DNA of 64,000 nucleotides from the human T2T-CHM13v2.0 reference genome, Homo sapiens: NCBI RefSeq assembly GCF_009914755.1, contig NC_060945.1; one strand, given 5' to 3'. Every line of letters begins with the position of its first letter. Positions within the stretch are counted from its first letter, which is position 1. The translations under genes were made by a program, and so were the position numbers. Shown here in pieces: positions 54,615 to 64,000 of the stretch. Below the pieces are notes generated by a model. That model did no database searches and was not told where the DNA came from. It worked only from the letters and a program-made list of their open reading frames with translations.

Positions 54615-55046
54615 TTTTTCTTTTCATTTTTTATTATACTTTAAGTTCTGGGGTACATATGCAGAATGTGCAGTTTATTACAGGTACACACGTGCCATGG
54701 TGGTTCACTGCACCCATCAACCCGTCACCTACATTAGGAATTTCTCCTAATGCAATCCCTCCCCTAGCCCCCCACCCCCCAACACACCCCAGTGTGTGAT
54801 GTTCCCCTCCCTGTGTCCATGGGTTCTCATTGTTCAATTTCCACTTATGCATAAGAATATGTGGTGTTTGGTTTTCTGTTTTTGTGTTAGTTTGCTGAGA
54901 ATGAGGGTTTCCGGTTTCATCCATGTCCCTGCAAAGGACATGAACTCATCCTTTTTTATGGCTGCATGGTATTCCATGGTGGATATGTGCCACATTTTCT
55001 TTATCTAGTCTATCATTGATGGACACTTGGGTTGGTTCCAAGTCTT
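54615..55046 (-). mobile_element. L1PA7/8-like 3' end
   Basis: TTATTATACTTTAAGTTCTGGGGTACAT...CATGTCCCTGCAAAGGACATGAACTCATCC...GGTTGGTTCCAAGTCTTT. Confidence 0.93.
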
Positions 55047-56607
55047 TCGTTAGTACTTTTTCTACAAGTAGCTGGTCCCAGAGCATGTCAGGGAGAACTC
55101 CAGCCAATCCCATCAATCACAGCTCCGTCCATCAACCCTGTGAGCACAGACTGACTCTTGCATGGAGTCAGCATCTGGGTGTGCAGAGGCACCTTCACTT
55201 CTTGTCCCTTCCCAAATGCCACATCACTAGAAGTATCTACTTTATCATTTTGAACATGTAAGAGTAAACCTGCTTCCACATTCTTAGGAACTAGGAATGC
55301 ATCAGACCTCTTTATCAGACCTCATCTGCACAGGTGAGCCTAAACCCCTTGTTTTGGAAATGTTTGATATGGCTCCTGGCACTGGGTGCCTGGTCCCTTC
55401 CCTTTAGGGTTTCCCTTACTTTTCCTGGGACCATTGCTATGCAGTGTAATTTCTCCTGTCTTCAGCCCCTAAGACACTCGGCCTAGTATCCTTGTCCCCA
55501 TAAGTCTACCGGAGGATGGTGATTTCCACTGTCTCAAATGCATGCACTTTGACCTCACACTCATTTTTCTGCACCATCTCAGGGTCCCTACCATTGTACC
55601 CAGGAGGTATAAAAAACCTTCTGTGAAGACATATGTAGCCTTCAATTAAAGCATTTGTAATTATTTCCCAGGACAGTTATTCATCTACAAACTCATCGTC
55701 AGTGGATTTACCTAAGGAAAGCAAACAACAAGAGGTAAATCAGGGACTTTCATGAATGCAAACAGTCTTCCCTGTGACATCTTGCACAGAATAACTCTCC
55801 CTAAACAAGGGTCAAGGTGAGATGGCAGCACTGTTAAGTCATTAAAGGCCAAGCTTCCTAGGTCATGTCAGTATCACGCATCAATAAAGGACTCTGGTAA
55901 GTAAATGAAGCCATTTCTCTAAGGAATAAAAAAAAATCATCACTTTTAAATGCTTAAGAATGCATTTTGTCAACACTTTTTGATTAAGATACAGCTTTCT
56001 GAAACATATGAGAAATAAAGTAAAGAAAATCTCTTCCTTTCCTTTCCAAAATTCTGCCTTCCAGAGCAGTTGAGGCAGAGTGATGCTGGGAATATAAGAA
56101 ACTCACAGAAACAGTGGGGAGGGCAGAGCTGGGGAATCGAGTTAGAGCAGCAGACACAGCCTGTGTCACTGAGCCATGGTTCCCTGCACAGGCCCCATTT
56201 ATAACCTGGTCTTTAACTTTGTTTATCTTTGTGGACATTCGCAGAAGCATCTTACTTTCCAGAAGCTGGGGCCCTATAATCATTATCTGTCTTTGGAGAA
56301 AATGGGATTATGTGCATTTAATTGCTCTTCTCAGAAAGTCGATGTTGTAATAGATCACTCTTCACTGACCCTCTTCTCCAGGTGGGGCTTCTGGGTTTTC
56401 ACATTTTTCCCTTGGCCTTGGTGTTGTAAAAAAAAAAAAAAAAAAACAGTAAAGGTGGGCTTCTTGGTACCAAACCTCAACCACAAGCAGAAAGGAAGTG
56501 GAGAAGGCTTACCATCTTCTTTAGTGTCTGAGATTGAAAACCCCCAGCTGTCCTAAGAATGAACACCTGTTTATGGAAGTGAATGCAAATTGTGGAGGTT
56601 TCCAACC

Positions 56608-57031
56608 TGTGTGCATCTGCCAGGGCCACCACAACAAAGTACCACAGACTGGGCAGCCCGAACCACAGATGTTCATTTCTCACCGTCCCAGAGGCTGGAA
56701 GTGTGAGATCCAGGTGTTGGCAAGGTTAGCTCCTTGTGAGGCTGTGTGGGAAGGCTCTGTTCCAGGCCTCTGTCCTGGGCTTGTAGATGCCATCCTCTCC
56801 CTGTGTTTTCACACTGTCTTCCCTCTGTGCATGTCTGTCTCTGTGTCCAAATTTCCCCTTTTACCTTTTAGTGAGGACACCAATCACTAGGTTAGGGCTC
56901 ACCCTATAGACATCCTTTTAACTTGATGACCTCTGTAAATATCCTATTTCTAAATAAGGTTACATTTTGAGGTACTAGGAATTAGGCCTTCCAATGTGTG
57001 AATTTGACAGGGAATCATTCAACCCGCAACA
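56608..57031 (-). mobile_element. MLT1B-like MaLR LTR
   Basis: AACAAAGTACCACAGACTGGG...GAGGCTGGAAG..TGAGATC...ATTCAACCCGCAACA. Confidence 0.88.
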
Positions 57032-57403
57032 CAGCTCAATTAAATTATCCCAGGTTTCAGACAGAGGATGGTTTGGGGTGAAGAGGACCGTCTCCCCAAG
57101 TTTGCAGCAGCTGTGCTTTTCCTGTCCGTCTCTTGTGTGTGATTTCACCTCCGCAGTCAGCTTTCAGCTCTGAAGGGCAATGACTGAGGGCTCTTTGGGT
57201 ACATAGAGGTGAGTCGTTCTGATAAGACTGGGGAAGATCCAAGAAGACCCCTGGATGTGCCAGTGGACTCTGAACGTTTTGCTTGGCTAAGTTCTGATGT
57301 GACGTCCCCGACTGCAAGTGTGGCATGACAGAAACCAAGGGGTGAGTACGGAAGGGAGTGGTCAACAAAGACATCCATCGGGACAGCAATTAAGACTCAG
57401 AGA

Positions 57404-57678
57404 GGCCAGCCATGGTGGTTCACACCTGTTATTCCAGCACTTTGGGAAGCTGAGGCAGGTGGATCACCTGAGGTCAGGAGTTCAAGACCAGACTGGCCAA
57501 CATGGTGAAACCCTGTCTCTACTAAAAATACAAAAATTATCCAGGTGTGGTGGCATGTGTGTAGTCCCAGCTACTCAGGGGGCTGAGGCAGGAGAATCAC
57601 CTGAACCCAGGAGGTAGAGGTTGCAGTGAGCCGAGATCAGGCCAGGGTGACAGAGCAAGACTCCACCAAAAAAAAAAA
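57404..57678 (+). mobile_element. AluSx with right-arm deletion
   Basis: TSD AAGACTCAGAGA at 57392-57403 and 57677-57688. Lacks CTGCACTCCAGCCT. Confidence 0.95.
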
Positions 57679-57860
57679 GACTCAGAGACAGCCAGCTGTG
57701 GTTCCAGCCTTTCATCTAATACCATGTTTGGCTAACACTACCCTCCCTACCCTTCCTCCTCCCTACTTCTCCCCAGACAAAAGCTTTTCCTTCTTGGCTG
57801 CACACATTTACCAGACTTCCCAATATTCTGGCCTAAGCTGTGTCTCAGTGCTTTCCTAAG

Positions 57861-58298
57861 TGTAAAAGTTTCTTATGGCTGCTGCACCAAATTACCACAA
57901 AGTTAGTTACTTAAAACAATACAAATTTATTGTAGTATAGTTTCAGCACCCAGAAGTCTGAAATGGGTCTCACTGGGCTAAAATCATATTGTCATCAGGG
58001 CTGCATTCCTTTCTGGAGGCTTTAGGGGAGTCCCTGTTTCCTTGCCTCTTCCAGCTTCTAAAGGCTACCTGCATTCCTCGGCTTGTGGTCCCTTCTTCCA
58101 ACTGCAGTGCCAGCAGCGTAGCATCCTCACATGTGTCTCTCTAACACTGACCTTCTTCTTCCACTTATGAGGGCCCCTATGACAACTTCCATCTGCAACT
58201 TTAATTCTCCCCTTCCTATGTAACATAAAACAGATTCTCGGATTAGGATGTGGACATCTTTTTAGAAGGCAGAGGGGAGCATCATTCTGCCAACCATA
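57861..58298 (-). mobile_element. MLT1D-like MaLR solo LTR
   Basis: CAGAAGTCTGAAATGGGTCTCACTGGGCTAAAATCA...GGATTAGGATGTGGACATCTTT. Perfect 5-bp TSD CTAAG. Confidence 0.88.
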
Positions 58299-58399
58299 CT
58301 AAGCGAGACAAATTCCTTCCTACAAGGAGTTCCAGTGACAACTGTTATGAGAATAAGGTGTTTATGTCATGACATAAGGACTGAACGTTTCCACTGGGG

Positions 58400-58678
<279 letters not shown>

Positions 58679-59481
58679 TGAACAAAAACAGAACCTGGTT
58701 AAGGACAGTTTGGAATTCAGTGAACCAAAACATGAAGGAAGAATCAGTGAATGAGAAAGTAAATACAGATAATACGTGTAAGTATGTCAACAGTTTTTAG
58801 GAAAGTACACAGGTTATTAATCTTAGAGAGGAGAGCAAGCACCAGGGAGGGGTGAGCGAATTTGATTTAAGTCTTAATTATAGATTGTGCAATCTCCATG
58901 TCCAAGGAATCAAAATTCCTAGCTCCATGGATCCTCTTCCCAGTCCACTTGCCAATCAGCTTTCTGAAGCAATCTGGCACAGGAAGGAGTGGGAGACTGA
59001 TGAGCAGCCCAGACCCCCTGCTAGCTACATTGCACAGTCCCTGGAGGATCCTTCCAGGGAGTTGGGTCTCTATAGAGTACTCCCAAATCAATCAACTCCC
59101 TTTAGCCAATCTCTGTGCTGAGCCCCATGGTACAGCACCCTTGGGATCCAGCCTATGCATACTCTCCAAGCCCTGCTGGTTCACGCTACCTGGGCTTTAG
59201 AGTGCTTTACCTTCAATTATGGGGCCCAGCACAGCCTCCACTGGGGCATGCTGTGCTATAACCATAGTGATAGGTTTAAGGGTCAAAAGGGGTGGTGTAG
59301 GCACAGACTGAGGAGATGATTCTCGTTATCTTGCAGAGGAGAGGTCTCTGTACTATCTCCAGGCTAGAGGGGAGTTCTAGCTCTTCCCAGGAGGTGTGGG
59401 CTCCTTTTGCAACTTAGAGGGCTCAGGAGAACCCAGAGATTCAAGATTTTAATGGCATCAACACAGATTCCTCTACCCGAG

Positions 59482-59639
59482 CAGAGCTGGGGATGAGGTG
59501 AGGTGAGGTGAGGGAGGCATCTAGGGGACAAAATTTCAGGACTTACATACTCCCTGCACATGCATGGACCTGAGAGTGAACACCTCCTTAAATTTTGCAC
59601 CATCGGCCCCTGGCTTGCCTCACCCTAGCTGCTGCCTTG
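59482..59639. mobile_element. MER91A-like hAT-Tip100 palindromic MITE
   Basis: Left arm GGTGAGGGAGGCATCTAGGGGACAAAATTTCAGGA pairs imperfectly with right arm TCCTTAAATTTTGCACC...GCTTGCCTCACCCTAG. Confidence 0.75.
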
Positions 59640-59909
59640 CATCTAAGTGTCAGGTCCTGTTCTCTTCCAACCAGGAACCTGACTTTGGCATAGAATACTG
59701 ACCTTGCTTGGTATTTAACCTACTTCAGCAAGGACCCCAGAAGACTGCATAAATTGGCTATTAGGACAGAGTCTCAAAGCATGAGAAAAGTGATGTCTGA
59801 ACTTAGTGAGGTTCCGACGCCAGAGTTGCTGGGAGCAACTGCAGGGAACAAGCTGGAGAGGAGATATGACAGAAGACTCCCAGAAAACCCACCAGATCAT
59901 CACATTCCA

Positions 59910-60490
59910 TGGGAAGTCCCCTGCAGAAACTGTCTGGATCCTGGAGGATGATGATAGACCACTCAAACTCAACTAAGCAGCAGCCATTTTTTCCTTCAAT
60001 TCCTGACATGACATCTTTGTTGGAGAGATGAATAATGTCTCAGGGACATTCTACACAGCCATTGATTTGGTGAAACCATTCCTTTCTAATTCTATCAAAA
60101 AAGAAGATCAGAAGCTATTTGCAATGAAATAGAAAGAATAAAAAATATTCCTTTACAGTTTTGCCCCAGGACTATGTTAACTCTTGCACCTTTGGTCATA
60201 TTATAGTCTGTGGAGATCTGGACATCTCTACACCTGGGCATTCCATAGAATGTCACACTGATATGTGATATAGATGACATCATTCTAGTCAGGTCAAATG
60301 AGCAAGAATTGACAAGTACATTGCAGACCTTAGTAAGATACACATCTTCCAGAGGATGACAGATAAAGCCCATGAAGATTCAGAGGCTTGCTACATCAAT
60401 AAAATGTTTAGGAGTCCAGCGGTCAAGGGGTATGCCAGGGCACCTTATCCAAACTAAAGGATCAAATATTGCATCTTGCATCTCCCCCCA
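59910..60490 (+). pseudogene. ERVL (class III) pol reverse-transcriptase remnant
   Basis: Translates PLQKLSGSWRMMID, FTVLPQDYVNS (from 60152) and DIDDIILVRSNEQELTSTLQTLVR (from 60267, YIDD box), then KIQRLATSIKCLGVQ. Stops and frameshifts present. Confidence 0.88.
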
Positions 60491-60692
60491 TGAAGAGGAA
60501 AGCCCAAAGGTGAACCCAAGGACCAACTTATAATATTCTCCACTAGCAATGATCATTCTACCATTAGCAGGAGAGGGGATTACCAACAGTGCTAGGTTTT
60601 CTGTATAAATAAACATTTGTTGAGGCTCTCCAAAGAACATTAGCAACAAGAAAGAACAGACAACACAAAACATAATCAAATTTCCAAGGTAG

Positions 60693-61222
60693 TACATCAG
60701 TTAGCTATTCCTGCATAACAAATCTAAAACTTAAGCCACTAAAACTTAGTGGCTTAAGACAACTACCATTTGCTTAGCTCGTGATTCAGTCAGCAACTTG
60801 ATCTGGGCTCATTTGGATGGGTACCATGATTTTGCCTGGGCTCATTCACACATCTTTGCTCAGCTGAGGAGTCAGCTAAGGATTGGCTAGTTTGGGGTGG
60901 CCTCAGCTAGAACATCTTACCTTTGCTTTATGTGTTTGCTTATCCCCAGCAAGCTACTCTTGTCTTATTCATAAGATATCTGGGCAGGGTTCTAAGAAAG
61001 AATAGTCACATGTAAGACCTCTTGAGTTCTCATGCTAGGCTCACAAAGGGCACACCATGACTTCTGCTGAATTCTATTAGCCAATGCAAGTCACGGGCCA
61101 GTAACAGATTCAAAGGTAGAGGAAATAGACTCCACCTCTTGAAGGAAAAGTTGCAAAGTCACATTACAAGGAACATGGATACAGGGGAAAGTGAAGAGTT
61201 GTGGCAGTTTTTGCAGTCTATT
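60693..61222 (-). mobile_element. MLT1G/H-like MaLR LTR
   Basis: TCAGTTAGCTATT.CTGCATAACAAA...AAAACTTAGTGGCTTAA and GGAAATAGACTCCACCTCTTGA..GAAAAGTTGCAAAGTCACATT. Confidence 0.82.
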
Positions 61223-62566
61223 AATCTGCTGGATTCTGTATGAATTAACATTTATGGGAGCTTCCAAAGAAGAGCAGCCCCTGAGAGGGTGAGAGAAGTA
61301 AGAGCCTGATCAAATTTCTGGACCAGTCTTTTCAAGGCAAGAGTCAGAAATTTCTAAACAGATTTGATGACCCTCCTTAGAAACGCAGCAGGACAATGTG
61401 GCCCCAGTCAATCCCTGACCTTTCTCTGTATTCAATCCTACCCTCTGAAGTGACCTCTGTGTGTTCCCTGTCCTCTTTTATAGTCAACTTAGAAATGACT
61501 CTATCACTTCTGCCTTCAGAACAGAGCAACATACTGAAAAAGGTAGACAATGTGTTCAAAAAATGGGAACAAATTTCTATAATCTGCCTGTCACCCTCCT
61601 GCATGATTTTTAATGACATTCTTTGCTTCAAAGGAAAATAAAAATAAGGAAGTAATCTGACATATATACTGCACTTAAATGCTAGTAAGTCTTCACACAC
61701 AAAGAAAGAAATAGTAAGAAAAGAGAAAACCCTAAAAATATTGAGGTTGGGAGCCAAATGCAGCATATGTTTTTGAGAATCTAATCCTTCCAGTGAAACT
61801 CCCAGACAGCTGTCAGAGTGAGTTCAGTGGTGCGGTGGATGAGGTGATAAGACATGGTACTGTGTAAAGCTCCACCCCAGGCTTCATCATTGGAGTGTCA
61901 GCCATCATCCTTCTCCTTTGCAAATTGGCATTTAATGAAACAAAGCACAATTTCTTAAATCCCAAATCCTATTTTTACTTCTATTTGCCAAGTTATTTTC
62001 TCTGCTTTTACTTCTCCTGATTTTCCTTTGTCTACTCTTTTTTTTTTTCTTTTTCCTTCCCCATTAAGGAACGAGGATTTTCAAGCTTTGCTTCCTTATC
62101 AAGCTAAAAGTCCAAAGAATCAGACCTTTTGGTTTCCCTTTTCCATTTCAAGATATGATGAGGTCAAGTAGATTTGTAAGGTAGCAGAGGTGCTCTGTTA
62201 CTCAATCATGGCTCCAAGAACAGGAATGTGGAAGAAAAAAAAAAGGAAGTAATAAGGCCTCTCCCTGTTCCAACCCCTTTAAAATGTAGATTTAAGAAAA
62301 GGTGCTAGGGAGTCAAGCAGGAGGAACTAAAAGAGCTTTTTCATTTAAAACACTGAGCTCAGAGCTTGAAGAGAATTTAGAGACCTTCTAGCTGCAAACC
62401 AATCTGATCTCTCTAAATTTAAGCACATCCCTTCCTGGGCTCAAGAAAACATTGTCCACAAGAGCACCTACCCTGAGGACAAGTCTTGGATAGGGATCAA
62501 TAAGATACTCCAAATCAAACTTGCCCTAATGAGCTTTATCTATTAAAAAAAAAAAGACCAAACAAT

Positions 62567-63245
62567 GGAAGGCAGCATAGCATGGTGGTTAAGAGCACAG
62601 ACCCAAGACGTCATGGATTTGAATCCTGGCTCTACCAGTGTTATGGGTTGAATGTGTTCTCACCCTCCAAAATCCACATGTTGAAGTCCTAATCCCTAGC
62701 ACCTCAGAATGTGACATTATTTGGAGATAGGGTCTTTACAGAAGGTAATCAAATAAAAATGAGGTGATTAGGGTGGGCCCTAATGCAATATAACTGGTGT
62801 TCTTATATAAAAGAAGGAATCTGGACACATAAACAAGCACACAGGGAGACTGCCCTGTGATGATAAAGACTGAGATTGGGGTGATGTGTCTAAAAGCCAA
62901 GGAATGCGAAAGACTGCAGCAACTCCCAGAAGCTGGGGGAGAGCCAGGAACAGATCCTCCCTCACAGCCTCAGCAGGAACCACACCTGCTGACCCCTTGA
63001 TCTTGGACTTCTGGCCTCCAGAGCTGTGAGAGAATAAATTTCTGTTGTTTAAAGCACCTAGTCTGTGCTACTTTGGGCAGCCCTGGCGAGGTCACGCAGC
63101 CACTCACCATCTATCTGTGTGACTCTGGCATGGCTTCTCCTTGCCCTGTCTGTAACATGTAGATGACAATAAATGTCTAAGTCAGAGGGTCGTTAGGAAC
63201 ACTAATTAAATAAATTAACATATGCAAGTGTTTCAAATAGAAGTT
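62567..63245 (+). mobile_element. MIR split by an MLT1C
   Basis: MIR head GGCAGCATAGCATGGTGGTTAAGAGCACAGAC...TTTGAATCCTGGCTCTACCA. MIR resumes at 63099. Confidence 0.75.
62639..63098 (+). mobile_element. MLT1C-like solo LTR
   Basis: TGTTATGGGTTGAATGTG...ACCTCAGAATGTGAC.TTATTTGGAGATAGGGTCTTT...GAGAGAATAAATTTCTGTTGTTTAA. Confidence 0.9.
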
Positions 63246-63269
63246 GACGCAAAGAAAGAGGTATATGAA

Positions 63270-63651
63270 TGTATTAGTCCGTTCTCACGCTGCTATAAGG
63301 GCATACCAGAGACTGGGTAATTTACAAAGGAAAGAGGTTTAATTGACTCACAGTTCCGCAGGGCTGAGGAGGCCTCAGGAAACTTACAATCATGGCGGAA
63401 GGAGAAGCAAACATGTCCTTTTTAAAATGGCAGTAGCAAAGAGACGTGCAGAGCAAAAGGGGGAAAAGCCCCTTATAAAACCATCAGATCTCGCGAGAAC
63501 TCACTCACCATCACGAGAACAGCAACATGGAGATAACCGCCCCCATGATTCAATTACCTCCCACCAGGTCCTTCCCATGCATGACATGTGGGGATTATGG
63601 GAACTACAATTCAAGATGAGATGTGGTTGGGGACACAGACAAACCATATCA
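63270..63651 (-). mobile_element. THE1C-like MaLR solo LTR
   Basis: TGTATTAGTCCGTTCTCACGCTGCT...AAACCATATCA. Perfect TSD ATGAA at 63265-63269 and 63652-63656. Confidence 0.93.
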
Positions 63652-64000
63652 ATGAATATTTCTTAAATAAAAAAAAATTAAAACCAACATCTGCATGAGT
63701 CATTATAGGTATTATTAGTGAATCTGCTTGACTCTTCAGTCAGTATGGTATTAGAGGGAAAATAAGAAATCCTTTGGAAAGCCAAAATGCCATTGCTTAT
63801 TCCAAGCACTGTCTACAAATTGTTATAATCAGAGCTATGTTGTTTTCTTTGTTTTTCTTTAAATCGTTTGGATCTGGCAGTGCCCAGGCCTTTAGGTTTC
63901 TAATAAATTATTAATCTAAGAGTTAATAATTCAAGTTAATTGGTGGTATAAGCCACTTTCTCTGGCAAATGTGAGCAAAGGTCACAACTTTTTAACAGCA

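Noticed and set aside
63358-63372. PRDM9 hotspot motif in the THE1 LTR
   Set aside because: The minus strand reads CCTCCTCAGCCCT, which mismatches CCNCCNTNNCCNC at two fixed positions.

Overview
This is primate (catarrhine, probably human or ape) non-coding DNA, either intergenic or intronic. It has no CpG island, no recognisable host protein-coding exon, and no tRNA, rRNA or CRISPR. The annotated features are almost all transposable elements: 18 Alus (J, S and Y types, several with clear target-site duplications, TSDs), L1PA/L1MA/L1MC/L1ME fragments, L2, two CR1/L3 fossils and MIRs. It also holds many MaLR/ERVL/ERV1 solo LTRs, an ERVL reverse-transcriptase remnant, and DNA transposons including a near full-length Hsmar2 mariner with both terminal inverted repeats (TIRs). 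Simple repeats include an ~810 bp near-pure purine tract grown from an Alu tail and a ~380 bp GGAT array. The long ORFs in the track are explained as Alu, L1 or low-complexity artefacts, or as transposon remnants. The items most worth a second look are: a splice-site-flanked 57-nt candidate exon (28459-28515); two motif-dense candidate enhancers (~3.6-3.8 kb and ~53.1-53.4 kb); four small template-switch inversions; an ancient twin-primed L1; and a CpG-rich THE1C with a DUX4 site. I see no support for a wholly new biological system. Repeat subfamily names come from my recall of consensus sequences and should be confirmed with RepeatMasker/Dfam.
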